From an uncultured beta proteobacterium (lineage in GTDB: Bacteria; Pseudomonadota; Gammaproteobacteria; Burkholderiales; Burkholderiaceae), in NCBI GenBank assembly GCA_903843235.1, contig CAIMOW010000045.1, positions 1 through 54,082 on the forward strand: DNA of 54,082 nucleotides. The letters run 5' to 3'. Position numbers and translations under genes: made by a program. Below the pieces are notes generated by a model. It saw only the letters and a program-made list of their open reading frames with translations, was not told the DNA's origin and ran no database searches. Of the stretch, positions 28,745 through 38,447 are shown one piece after another; position 1 is the stretch's first letter; each line of letters opens with the position of its first letter.

Positions 28745-29551
28745 TTAGCTAGACATCAAAACTGGCAGAACCATCGTTTTCAAGATGTGTCTTGTACCGG
28801 CGCCCCTGCTTATGAATGGGAAGCCAATATGACTATGAGCTCCCATAACCAGCAAATCAGCGCCTTGATCGCAGGCATTGTTGAGCAACATATCCATCAC
28901 GCCAATATCATTGATGATCATAACTTCTGTTTTAGATTTAATGCCATGGCATGAGAGCTGTACAGCAACCTCCTTACAGGATGCTTCTGCTCGGTCAAAA
29001 CTAGAATCAAAAGCCAATACAACGGCTTGATCACAATTTAATATTAATGGAAGAGAATCGTTTAATGCATGAGCAGCCTGACTCGATGCATTCCAAGCAA
29101 GCAAAGGATGTTTAAATGAGCCAGAGAACTCACCAACATACGGAATGATCAGTACAGGACGACCCGAATTGGTTAATACCTCCTCAACAAGCTCAGCTGG
29201 GACGAAATGAACGCCTGATTCTTCATATTGCCCCATGATGACTAAATCAAAATATCTTGCCTTCTCTGAAACTAGGGCCAACACAGCAGAATCACTTCCT
29301 CGATTGATATCAACCCATTCAGCGTTTAAGCCTTGAGTTGTCGACTCAAATGCCTTTTTGCTATCTTGGCCCGCTTTTACATACTCCTCTGGTGGCCAAC
29401 TTGAGATACTCCCAGCCTGCTTGGCTAAGGATTTTTGGGCAAAAACCCCAACCAGCCTAGCACCATTCGCTTTTGCCAAAGCAGTAGCAATTTTCAAACG
29501 AGCCTCACAGCGAGGGCTTTCATCTAAATGCACCATTAAATTCTTTAACAT
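28745..29551 (-). CDS. Universal stress protein (tandem USP domains)
   Basis: MLKNLMVHLD, DLVIMGQ, SGRPVLIIP, ADLLVMGAH, PVLMSS; the ORF-track start (29620) lies inside the FNR box, so 29551 is preferred. Confidence 0.9.
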   Translation of the reverse strand: MLKNLMVHLDESPRCEARLKIATALAKANGARLVGVFAQKSLAKQAGSISSWPPEEYVKAGQDSKKAFESTTQGLNAEWVDINRGSDSAVLALVSEKARYFDLVIMGQYEESGVHFVPAELVEEVLTNSGRPVLIIPYVGEFSGSFKHPLLAWNASSQAAHALNDSLPLILNCDQAVVLAFDSSFDRAEASCKEVAVQLSCHGIKSKTEVMIINDIGVMDMLLNNACDQGADLLVMGAHSHIGFPFISRGAGTRHILKTMVLPVLMSS

Positions 29552-29584
29552 GACATCATCCCCAGAAAATATGTAATTAGCTTC

Positions 29585-29625
29585 ATTATGCTCAGCCCTG
29601 AAATCTTCAATTTGATCCATATCAA
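29585..29625 (-). promoter_or_regulatory. Class II FNR-dependent promoter of the USP gene
   Basis: Perfect TTGATCCATATCAA at 29612-29625 with a CATAAT -10 at 29590-29585. Confidence 0.75.
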
Positions 29626-29763
29626 ACTATCAGCTGGTGGATTGAGAAATCCCTCTAAATCACAATTCTATGCCGTTATTTCCGCCTATTTTCATCTTCC
29701 ATAAAGTAAGGGTTTTCGCCAAAAAAGGGGTTATGAACCTCTCAGCCGAAATAGAATGTGTTT

Positions 29764-31593
29764 ATGCCTAATGCATTTAATTTCTCCGCCTCGCCCTTTG
29801 ACTGCCTAAATAGTCAAGAGCAAAAGCTTGTACGCGATAGCGTTGACATTGCGTATTTCAAGAAGAGAGAAGTCGTTTTAGATCTTGGCTCTACTCCCAC
29901 CCATCTCTTTATTCCCATCAAGGGCTTCGTACAGCAATTGGAAAATGGGGAGGAGGTCGCCATTTATGGACCAGATGATTGTTTTGATGGTCGCGGCCTG
30001 ATGGCAGGAAAAGTCTCCAGTCAATTTATCGCCTCCGAAGAAGTCGTTGCTTACCAGTTAGCCAAATCTACGGTAAACGAATTGATATCAAGCAACACAA
30101 CATTTAGCGCGCTGCTATTTGCAGATCTCTCCAAGAAACTCAATGCGCTAGCAGAAAGACGCAGCCAATATGAAATCAACTCCCTAAGTCTAGCGCTAGT
30201 AAGTCAGGCATTTTTGCGGCAAGCAAATATTGTTGATGCTCATACTGATCTAATGAGTGTGGTCAAGATCTTTAATGATCAAAGGACTACTCATGTTCTC
30301 GTCAGAAATGCATTATCAGAGTCCAAAGATTTGGGAATCTTTACAACAACAAATTTACAGAGGGCAATTCTCTCTCAATTACCCCTAGAATCCACGCCAG
30401 TAGGACCGCTAAGCAATTACAAACTCATCACAGTTCAAGCGAGTGTACGCCTGTACGAAGCATTGGCAGTCATGATCAAACACTCAGTTAACCGAGTCGT
30501 TGTTATGAATCAATTTGAAGTAGTTGGTATCCTAGAGCAGGTAGACTTACTCAGCTTTATTGCTAATGGCTCTTCCCTAGTAGTCCAAAAAATACTGCAG
30601 TCTAAAACACTGGAAGATCTCAAGATACCCGCTGAACAAATTACGAAGCTCATTAGCCTACTCCATCGCAATGGCAGCAAAGTTGAAATGATTGCACGCT
30701 TAGTTCAAGAGCTCAATACAAAGTTATTTGAAAAAGCATGGTCACTAATAGCAAGTCCTGAGTTACTCGCTAACAGCTGTTTATTTGTGATGGGTAGCGA
30801 AGGCCGAGGAGAGCAGATATTAAAAACTGATCAAGACAATGGACTCATTGTCAACGACAATTTTCCTATTGGAGAGCACGCGATCTCTTGTTGTGATCAA
30901 TTTTCAGCAGCACTCATTGGTTTTGGCTACCCAGAATGTCCTGGCAAGATTATGGTGAATAATTCTGCCTGGCGCATGACAGTGAAAGACTTTAGTGAAA
31001 CGGCAAAAGGCTGGCTCCTGAAGCCCTCTCCAGAAAGTTTGATGAATTTGGCCATCTTTCTGGACTCACACCCCATCAGCGGCGACCCCAAGCTCTTGGG
31101 AACGGTCAAGCAAGAATTATTTAAGCTGATTAATGACAATCAATTTCTCTTGGCTAGATTTGCCTCTGCCATCGAATCAATCTCGTCCGAGGCTGGCTGG
31201 TGGAATCGTCTCCTTACGCTTGGTGGCGATAATGCGGATCACAGAATCAATCTCAAAAAAGCAGGAATTTTTGCGATCGTCCATGGGATACGCTCCCTTG
31301 CGATGGAGAACCATATCCCGGTCAATTCGACTGTGGGACGGATCCAAGAATTGGTTCAAATGCATAAGCTACCTAAGGATTTGGCGGGGGAGCTGGTTGA
31401 GTCCTTGCATCTACTTATGGAACTAAGGCTAAAAGCTGGCTTAAGCGAATTAGAAACAGGCAAAGAAGTTTCTGGTGAAATTGATACCAGCCGCCTATCG
31501 ACCCTTGAAAGAGACTTGCTAAAAGATTCCCTGAGTGTTGTTAAAAGATTCAAACTCTTTTTACGCCAGCATTTTCGTCTTGATTTTGCATGA
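29764..31593 (+). CDS. cNMP-CBS-DUF294 putative nucleotidyltransferase
   Basis: N-terminal cNMP-like domain, CBS pair, MGSEGRGEQILKTDQDNGL, CPGKIMVNN, NLKKAG. Confidence 0.9.
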   Translation: MPNAFNFSASPFDCLNSQEQKLVRDSVDIAYFKKREVVLDLGSTPTHLFIPIKGFVQQLENGEEVAIYGPDDCFDGRGLMAGKVSSQFIASEEVVAYQLAKSTVNELISSNTTFSALLFADLSKKLNALAERRSQYEINSLSLALVSQAFLRQANIVDAHTDLMSVVKIFNDQRTTHVLVRNALSESKDLGIFTTTNLQRAILSQLPLESTPVGPLSNYKLITVQASVRLYEALAVMIKHSVNRVVVMNQFEVVGILEQVDLLSFIANGSSLVVQKILQSKTLEDLKIPAEQITKLISLLHRNGSKVEMIARLVQELNTKLFEKAWSLIASPELLANSCLFVMGSEGRGEQILKTDQDNGLIVNDNFPIGEHAISCCDQFSAALIGFGYPECPGKIMVNNSAWRMTVKDFSETAKGWLLKPSPESLMNLAIFLDSHPISGDPKLLGTVKQELFKLINDNQFLLARFASAIESISSEAGWWNRLLTLGGDNADHRINLKKAGIFAIVHGIRSLAMENHIPVNSTVGRIQELVQMHKLPKDLAGELVESLHLLMELRLKAGLSELETGKEVSGEIDTSRLSTLERDLLKDSLSVVKRFKLFLRQHFRLDFA

Positions 31594-32243
31594 GCCAAAT
31601 AAATCCAGGTATTTTCAAAAAACTCTATAGATCAGTATGGAGAGGGTGGCTCATTTACCACCTGGCAGATGAACGCTACAAATTCATGTTTGATGCACCC
31701 CCCGAAAACGAATGGGTGGTACTTGACTGCGAAACCACTGGTCTTAATGTTTCTAGGGATGAGATCATCTCGATTGGCGCAGTCAAAATAGTTGGCAACA
31801 CATTAATGACCAGCGATCGCTTGGAGCTTCTCGTAAAGCCAGATAAGAAAGTGTCTGCTGAAAGTGTCAAAATTCATCGCTTAAGAGAATTGGATGTAGC
31901 AAACGGTTTGGATCCTGAGGTGGCGATGGCCAAGCTTATGCACTTCATCGGCAGCCGCCCGATTGTGGGTTATTACTTAGAGTTTGATATTGCAATGCTC
32001 AATAAAGTGATCTGGCGCATGCTTGGCCAAGGTCTGCCACAACCGAAGATTGAAGTGTCATCCTTGTTTTATGACTATAAGAATCACCAACTTCCCATCA
32101 ATGAACGCGGTGGCACCATTGACCTGCGCTTTAATACTCTCATGAGGGATCTTAAACTACCAGTGCGGGATGCCCATGATGCAATTAATGATGCCGTGAT
32201 GACTGGCATGGCTTTCATTAAGTTACGCCAGTTATTAGAGTAG
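31590..32243 (+). CDS. DEDDh 3'-5' exonuclease-like protein (DUF294-associated)
   Basis: LDCETTGL, VGYYLEFD, HDAINDA; ATGA overlap with the DUF294 gene. Confidence 0.9.
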   Translation: MSQINPGIFKKLYRSVWRGWLIYHLADERYKFMFDAPPENEWVVLDCETTGLNVSRDEIISIGAVKIVGNTLMTSDRLELLVKPDKKVSAESVKIHRLRELDVANGLDPEVAMAKLMHFIGSRPIVGYYLEFDIAMLNKVIWRMLGQGLPQPKIEVSSLFYDYKNHQLPINERGGTIDLRFNTLMRDLKLPVRDAHDAINDAVMTGMAFIKLRQLLE

Positions 32244-32262
32244 TTATATAAATAATATGGAA

Positions 32263-32296
32263 AATAAAAAACCAGGATTACTCCTGGTTTTTTATT
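32263..32296. terminator. Bidirectional intrinsic terminator
   Basis: AATAAAAAACCAGGA-TTAC-TCCTGGTTTTTTATT between convergent genes. Confidence 0.8.
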
Positions 32297-32317
32297 GTTA
32301 AAGCTTCGGTTTAGATC

Positions 32318-34045
32318 TTAGTGACCAGAAGCTCCTGAAGCACCAAATCCAGTTTCAGAGCGAACTTGTTGTGCAGGGAATGCGGCACGTTCTTTCTTAG
32401 CATTTTCACTGTTGTCCAATACAGAGAACAACCAAACGCCAACGAAACCAATCGTCATAGAGAAAAGCGCTGGAGATGAGTAAGGGAACCATGCACTGCC
32501 TTTAGGGTTACCGAATACTGCCTCCCAAACCGCTGGGGAAACTACCGTCAAGGCTACCGAAGAAAATAATCCTAAGAAGCCCCCAATCACGGCACCTCTA
32601 GTGGTGCAATTTTTCCACAACACTGACATGAACAATACTGGGAAATTAGCAGAAGCAGCAATCGCAAATGCTAACGCGACCATGAAAGCAATGTTTTGCT
32701 TTTCAAAGACAATCCCCAAAATCACAGCAATCGCACCGAGAGTGAGTGTAGTTAAACGAGATACTTTCAACTCTGAAGCGCTATCAGCGTTGCCCTTTTT
32801 AAATACAGTTGCGTACAGGTCATGCGACACAGCTGAAGCACCTGAGAGCGTCAAACCAGCAACCACGGCCAAGATCGTTGCAAAAGCAACTGCAGAGATA
32901 AAGCCATAGAAGATATTGCCGCCAACAGTTTTGGCTACTAAAACAGCTGCCATGTTTGCGGTACCCGCTCCACCATTAATCACACCTGTTGCCACATTAG
33001 CCATTTCTGGGTTAGTCAACACTAAAGTGATAGCACCAAAACCGATGATGAAAATTAATACATAGAAGTAACCAATCCAAGTGGTTGCCCACAGTACAGA
33101 CTTACGAGCTTCTTTTGCATCAGGGACTGTAAAGAAACGCATTAAGATGTGTGGCAAACCTGCTGTACCAAACATCAATGCCATACCGAAGGAAATAGCA
33201 GAGATCGGATCCTTAATAAATCCACCTGGGCCCATGATGCTGAGACCTGCTTTAGCTGCCTCTTCTGGATTTTTACCAGCATTAGCAGCAATGGCAGTTT
33301 TGACTTCAACTGCTTTGGCAAACAATGCTTCAGGGCTGAAACCATATTGAGCCAGAACCATGAAGGCCATAAAGCTCACACCGGCTAACAACATACAAGC
33401 TTTAATAATCTGCACCCAAGTAGTAGCCGTCATACCGCCAAACAGCACGTAAACCATCATTAAGCAACCAACGATCACGACTGCCATCCAGTACTCAAGA
33501 CCAAATAACAATTTGATTAGCTGGCCCGCACCCACCATTTGAGCGATCAAATAGAAGGCAACAACCACTAAAGTACCTGATGCTGCAAAGGCACGGATCG
33601 GGCCCTGTTGAAAGCGATAGCCTGCCACGTCCGCAAAAGTAAATTTACCAAGGTTACGCAAACGCTCTGCCATCAAGAAGGTAATGACCGGCCAACCAAC
33701 CAAGAATCCAATGGAGTAGATCAAGCCGTCATAGCCATTCGCCATGACTGCAGCAGAAATACCCAAGAAAGATGCAGCAGACATATAGTCACCAGCGATC
33801 GCGAGACCATTTTGGAAGCCAGTAATGCCGCCGCCAGCGGTATAAAAATCAGCAGCAGACTTAGTTTTCGATGCGGCCCATTTAGTAATAAACAAAGTCG
33901 CAATAACAAAAACAGCAAACATTGCGATTGCTGTCCAGTTGGTTTCTTGCTTTATAACTTGCCCTAAATCGGCACCTGCAGCAACAGCAAACATTGGCAA
34001 AGCCAATAGCGCTAAAGCGCACAACAATTTTTCTATACGCTTCAT
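32318..34045 (-). CDS. actP: Cation/acetate symporter ActP
   Basis: [45 protein letters not shown]. Confidence 0.95.
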   Translation of the reverse strand: MKRIEKLLCALALLALPMFAVAAGADLGQVIKQETNWTAIAMFAVFVIATLFITKWAASKTKSAADFYTAGGGITGFQNGLAIAGDYMSAASFLGISAAVMANGYDGLIYSIGFLVGWPVITFLMAERLRNLGKFTFADVAGYRFQQGPIRAFAASGTLVVVAFYLIAQMVGAGQLIKLLFGLEYWMAVVIVGCLMMVYVLFGGMTATTWVQIIKACMLLAGVSFMAFMVLAQYGFSPEALFAKAVEVKTAIAANAGKNPEEAAKAGLSIMGPGGFIKDPISAISFGMALMFGTAGLPHILMRFFTVPDAKEARKSVLWATTWIGYFYVLIFIIGFGAITLVLTNPEMANVATGVINGGAGTANMAAVLVAKTVGGNIFYGFISAVAFATILAVVAGLTLSGASAVSHDLYATVFKKGNADSASELKVSRLTTLTLGAIAVILGIVFEKQNIAFMVALAFAIAASANFPVLFMSVLWKNCTTRGAVIGGFLGLFSSVALTVVSPAVWEAVFGNPKGSAWFPYSSPALFSMTIGFVGVWLFSVLDNSENAKKERAAFPAQQVRSETGFGASGASGH

Positions 34046-34350
34046 TTGGAGGCTTCCTTCAAAATTTCTGCAGTCAATGTGTCGTATTCGCTATTTGCTT
34101 TACGCACATAAAGTGCAGTAATCAAAATAGTAAAAATAATTACGCCCATGCCAATAGGAATACCCAGGCTAGTCACGCCATCACCAAATGGTTGCGCCAA
34201 AAATGGTTTATTAAAAGCAATTAAAGCTATATAGCCGTAATAAACAACAAACATCAAAATGCAAAGAGTCCAACCAAAAGTGCTGCGCTTGCGCTTGAGC
34301 TCTTGGTATTTTGGGTTTGCCTCTATGCGTGCCACGACTGAATCTGACAT
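34042..34350 (-). CDS. yjcH: DUF485 inner membrane protein (YjcH)
   Basis: Two TM helices, [21 protein letters not shown]; overlaps actP. Confidence 0.9.
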   Translation of the reverse strand: MSDSVVARIEANPKYQELKRKRSTFGWTLCILMFVVYYGYIALIAFNKPFLAQPFGDGVTSLGIPIGMGVIIFTILITALYVRKANSEYDTLTAEILKEASK

Positions 34351-34559
34351 ACACTTCTCCTTAATAAAAACACTAAAGTTAGTGGTGTTATTTTAGTAAG
34401 CTCAAGACTCAGATTTCACTGAATTCCTCTTTTAAATCCAATAAGTTAGGGAATATCCTATGCTGGAATGCCCTAGAAACATACAAAGCCTACAAAAGAA
34501 AACCCCAGCTATATCAAGGTGAGGCTAATAACTGAAAACGGCTGACATTACCCGGGGAC

Positions 34560-35153
34560 TCACAAGAACTGAAACATCGTTCTTCTCGTGTTGGTGAAAT
34601 GGGGTCTAACCCTATCGCTCCACGTGGTATGCCTAACTTTTAGCCAAGGTTCGCAGCCCAACACTTCCAGGGAAATAAGGTCATAGAAAGAAAAAGAATA
34701 TGGCGCATGATCCAGGTTTAAACAGCGAGTAGCGCTGACGCATCCAGGGACGCTTGCTAAGCCTGGCAAGTGCTCTTGGTCATACCAGGCAAATAACTCT
34801 TCTTGCCACCCCGCCTCTGGATCCATCTCAACCACATAACGATTGTGCGGTACTTGATCGCTAGAAAATCCTTTAATTGGATTTATAAACGCAATGCGAC
34901 TCAACTCAATTTCAGCCAACAAACTTGTTGTCTCACCTAGAAAAGCATATGCATCAAGCGCCGCATGATCTATCGGACTCTCAAAATAAAAATACCCATA
35001 GAGAGCATTCGATTCAACGCTATAGGTCAAAACGATCTTTTTAAATTCAACCTGCTTTGCTTGCTTTAATCCACTAGATATCTCAGCAATATTTTGCGAG
35101 CCCCCTATCGGCTTAGATCGCAATAGTAGCAAGTCGACCTTTTGATCGCTCAT
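34560..35153 (-). CDS. Hypothetical protein with C-terminal EthD/DUF4286-like alpha-beta barrel
   Basis: WYDQEHLPGLASVPGCVSATR motif. Confidence 0.65.
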   Translation of the reverse strand: MSDQKVDLLLLRSKPIGGSQNIAEISSGLKQAKQVEFKKIVLTYSVESNALYGYFYFESPIDHAALDAYAFLGETTSLLAEIELSRIAFINPIKGFSSDQVPHNRYVVEMDPEAGWQEELFAWYDQEHLPGLASVPGCVSATRCLNLDHAPYSFSFYDLISLEVLGCEPWLKVRHTTWSDRVRPHFTNTRRTMFQFL

Positions 35154-35154
35154 T

Positions 35155-35673
35155 CTAGTGACCTATATGCAGTGCATTTAATAATCTTGAGACCATGTTA
35201 TAGGCCGAGATAGTAGCAACCAATTCTAGAATTTCTTGATCATTAAAATACGGTTTTATTTGATCAAATAAACTATCGGGCACCTGAATATCTTTAGTCA
35301 TTACATCGGTTAACTTGAGTATTAAGCGCTCTTTCTCATCAAATAATCCGCTAATTGTCGAATCTCTCAGAGATTCAATCTTCTCCTGACTCATGCCAGC
35401 CTTGATGGCGTGAGGAGCATGTGCCTCAAACTCATAACTCGCACGGTTCAATACCGCAATTCTCAAAATAATCATCTCTCTTATTGTGGGAGATAAAGAA
35501 TTGCGGTTGCGAATCGCTGTCAATAGAGCTTCCCAGCCCTGCGCAATCTCAGGCGCATTTAAAAGAATTTGATACAAGGGAGAGATTCTTCCTCGCTCCA
35601 GAAAAATTTTTGCCTCTAAAGTAGCTAACTCCGCCTTAGTGCCGGGAGTGACTGGCGCTATACGTTTATTCAT
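35155..35673 (-). CDS. Carboxymuconolactone decarboxylase (CMD/AhpD-like) family protein
   Basis: REMIILRIAVLNRASYEFEAH, ELVATISAYNMVSR. Confidence 0.85.
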   Translation of the reverse strand: MNKRIAPVTPGTKAELATLEAKIFLERGRISPLYQILLNAPEIAQGWEALLTAIRNRNSLSPTIREMIILRIAVLNRASYEFEAHAPHAIKAGMSQEKIESLRDSTISGLFDEKERLILKLTDVMTKDIQVPDSLFDQIKPYFNDQEILELVATISAYNMVSRLLNALHIGH

Positions 35674-35675
35674 TT

Positions 35676-36620
35676 TTATTCCGGTAAAATTTTCTTAGCT
35701 TTAATTAATTGTGTCCACTTGGCAATATCTTTTTTCAAAGTGGCGCTCAACTCTTCCGGAGTAGATCCTACTGGCTCACTTCCAGCTTGTGTTAATTTAG
35801 AATTTAAAGGGTCCTGCTTGACCACTCTTTTAATTGCGGCACTGAGGCGATCAATATCCGCCTTGGATGTACCTGCCTTAACAAAGACGGCGTACCAGTT
35901 ATTAGTATCCACGCCTTTGATATCCATCTCATTAAATGTTTTTACATCGGGTATGGCGCTATTACGTTTATCTGCAGCCAGCCCAATGGGCTTTAACTTA
36001 CCACTTTTAATGTAGCCGATAAGCCCTGGAATATCGCCAAAGAATCCATCCACGTGACCAGCCATCACGTCAGTAATTGCGGGTGCTGCACCCTTATATG
36101 GGACATGCAAAATCTTTACGTTAGCCGAGTCATTTAACTGCTCTAAAGCCAGATGAGGAACGCTTCCAGTGCCCGATGATCCCATAGTTAAGTCGCTTTT
36201 TTTGGCTAAAGTAATAAATTCCGCGGCGTTATTTGCAGGGCTCGCTGGATTAATAACGAGTACCTCTACGTTATTGGCAACCAAAGAAACGGCTGCTAAA
36301 TCTTTTACTGGGTTGTAGGCTAGCTTTTCATAAAGGCCTGGATTAATCGCAACCGCTCCAGCACTCGTAAACCAAATAGTTTTCCCATCAGCAGGATTTG
36401 CTGCTAGGTATTCAGCAGCAATTACCCCATTCCCACCAGGTTTATTTTCAATTACGATTTGCGCGTTCAGATCCCTCCCTAAAGGCTCCACAAGTGAGCG
36501 TGCCATTGAATCTACTGGGCCGCCAGGCGGAAAGGCAACGATCATCTTAATAACATTTGATTGTGCTTGAGCTGCGGCAAAAGACAAACAACACAAAAAC
36601 CCCAATAGAATTTTTTTCAT
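35676..36620 (-). CDS. Bug/TctC substrate-binding protein
   Basis: FPPGGPVD, ENKPGGNG, HVPYKGAAPA; signal peptide from ATG 36620. Confidence 0.92.
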   Translation of the reverse strand: MKKILLGFLCCLSFAAAQAQSNVIKMIVAFPPGGPVDSMARSLVEPLGRDLNAQIVIENKPGGNGVIAAEYLAANPADGKTIWFTSAGAVAINPGLYEKLAYNPVKDLAAVSLVANNVEVLVINPASPANNAAEFITLAKKSDLTMGSSGTGSVPHLALEQLNDSANVKILHVPYKGAAPAITDVMAGHVDGFFGDIPGLIGYIKSGKLKPIGLAADKRNSAIPDVKTFNEMDIKGVDTNNWYAVFVKAGTSKADIDRLSAAIKRVVKQDPLNSKLTQAGSEPVGSTPEELSATLKKDIAKWTQLIKAKKILPE

Positions 36621-36630
36621 TTCCGATCCC

Positions 36631-37434
36631 CTAATCACATCGTGCTGACATACCACCATCAACAATAATTTCAGTCCCTGTAATGAAACGAGACTCGTCT
36701 GAAGCTAAAAATAATGCCGCATTAGCAGTGTCACGGCCATCACCCATGAATGGCAACGGAATACGTGATTGTCTTTGTTTTAATAGCAACTCCACATCAC
36801 CGCCAACACGCTGTTTTGCCAAGCGGGTCTCGACCATAGGTGTATGCAGTTGACCTGGGACAACCGTATTCACACGAATATTCTGTTTTGCATATTGAAC
36901 AGCTAGTACTCTTGAAAATTGAATGACCCCCGCCTTAGTCGCAGCATAAGCAATTTGTGCGGAGCCAGTCCAACGAATGCCCGAAGTCGATGCCAAATTA
37001 ATAATGGAGCCTGATTTCTTTTGAATCATTTCAGGAAGGGCATATTTACAAGTCATAAACACGCTCTTCAGATTGAAATCTACCTGCGCATCCCAAATTT
37101 CCTCAGTCATTTCTATTGGACCGCCCTTTGCGGAGCCCCCAACGATATTCACCAAAATATTGAGTGTGCCGAATTCTTTGATACATGAATGAATGCTCTC
37201 CTCTATCGACCCCGACTTGGTGACGTCTAAAACACTAGTTTTAATATTATTCCTGAATTCACCAGCCAAACTTAATGTTTCATCTAGGCGAACTAAGTCA
37301 AGATCCGTTGCAAATACTTTTGCTCCTTCTTGAGCAAATCTCACCGCTGTTGCTCGACCATTTCCCCATCCAGGGCCAATCGATCCGGCCCCAGTAATAA
37401 ATGCTACTTTTCCTTCTAAACGTCCAGCCATCAT
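36631..37434 (-). CDS. SDR family oxidoreductase
   Basis: TGAGSIGPGWGNG, YAATK, NTVVPG. Confidence 0.92.
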   Translation of the reverse strand: MMAGRLEGKVAFITGAGSIGPGWGNGRATAVRFAQEGAKVFATDLDLVRLDETLSLAGEFRNNIKTSVLDVTKSGSIEESIHSCIKEFGTLNILVNIVGGSAKGGPIEMTEEIWDAQVDFNLKSVFMTCKYALPEMIQKKSGSIINLASTSGIRWTGSAQIAYAATKAGVIQFSRVLAVQYAKQNIRVNTVVPGQLHTPMVETRLAKQRVGGDVELLLKQRQSRIPLPFMGDGRDTANAALFLASDESRFITGTEIIVDGGMSARCD

Positions 37435-37452
37435 TTACTCCATTGATATTTT

Positions 37453-38316
37453 TTATAAAAACCGATAAAACTGTTCGGGATTTCTAACCATGAGCTTCTC
37501 AATCTTTTCCTGACTATCAGCAATTCGAGGAATCAGATCAATCAGATGCCCATCGTCCGGAATGTGGTGGTGATTTGGATGAGGCCAGTCGGTACCCCAT
37601 ACGCATTTCTCTGTAAATTGATCAACCAGAATTTTTGCCAAGGACACACCATCGTTATAGGGATGAATCTTTGAAATGCGATCAATCCCGCTTACCTTAA
37701 TATGGAAACGAGGGTCATCTAACAACTTCAAAAGGCCTTGGAAATCAGCATGATCACTGCCAAGGGAAGCATCCACTCTCCCAATATGATCAATCATCAC
37801 GGGAACGACAGATTGTTTGAGTAAGGGTGTCAATGAATGGACTAAATCGCTAGAGAAATGAACCTGTAAATGCCAGCCGAATGGCTCTATGCGCTTTGTT
37901 AATGCCAAAATATCTTCCATAGAGTCGGTATTTTTTAAGTGCGCCATGAAGTTAAAACGAATCGCACGAAAGCCTTGCTGATCCATCAAACGAATTTGCT
38001 CAGTTGTCGTTCTGGCCGGTGCTAAAGCCACGCCTAGGTAATTTCCTTTACGGGCCTGCATGGCATCCACTACAACAGCGTTATTAAATCCATGTAGTGC
38101 AGTTTGCACAATCACACAGCGCTGAATTCCCAAAAAATCATGCAGAGCAAACAGCTTTTCCTTACCAGCATCAACTGGAGTAAATAATCTACTCTCTATA
38201 TACGGAAATTGGTTAGAGGGACCAAAAATATGGCAATGGGCATCACAAGAATTGACCGGCAACTTAAAAGTAGGCTTACTCGGCGAGCTAAGATAGGTCT
38301 GTATTAAGTCACTCAT
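37453..38316 (-). CDS. Amidohydrolase_2 family lactonase (LigI / 2-pyrone-4,6-dicarboxylate hydrolase-like)
   Basis: CDAHCHIFGP, RFNF, IDHIGR, WGTDWPHPN. Confidence 0.85.
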   Translation of the reverse strand: MSDLIQTYLSSPSKPTFKLPVNSCDAHCHIFGPSNQFPYIESRLFTPVDAGKEKLFALHDFLGIQRCVIVQTALHGFNNAVVVDAMQARKGNYLGVALAPARTTTEQIRLMDQQGFRAIRFNFMAHLKNTDSMEDILALTKRIEPFGWHLQVHFSSDLVHSLTPLLKQSVVPVMIDHIGRVDASLGSDHADFQGLLKLLDDPRFHIKVSGIDRISKIHPYNDGVSLAKILVDQFTEKCVWGTDWPHPNHHHIPDDGHLIDLIPRIADSQEKIEKLMVRNPEQFYRFL

Positions 38317-38354
38317 GTCTCTAGATTATCTTTATTTTTAATGTAGACCCCATT

Positions 38355-38368
38355 CTGCCAGATGGCAG
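38355..38368. promoter_or_regulatory. Palindromic operator in the divergent promoter
   Basis: CTGCCA-GA-TGGCAG between the lactonase gene and pcaF. Confidence 0.5.
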
Positions 38369-38447
38369 GCGTCTGGATCAATAAAACGCCCTAAAGATGT
38401 ATAGTTAAATACAGAAGCAAGAGACAACTAAAAAACTAATACTCAAA

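Noticed and set aside
29552-29620. N-terminal extension of the USP in the ORF track
   Set aside because: It covers the FNR box and -10 element; the USP domain starts at 29551.
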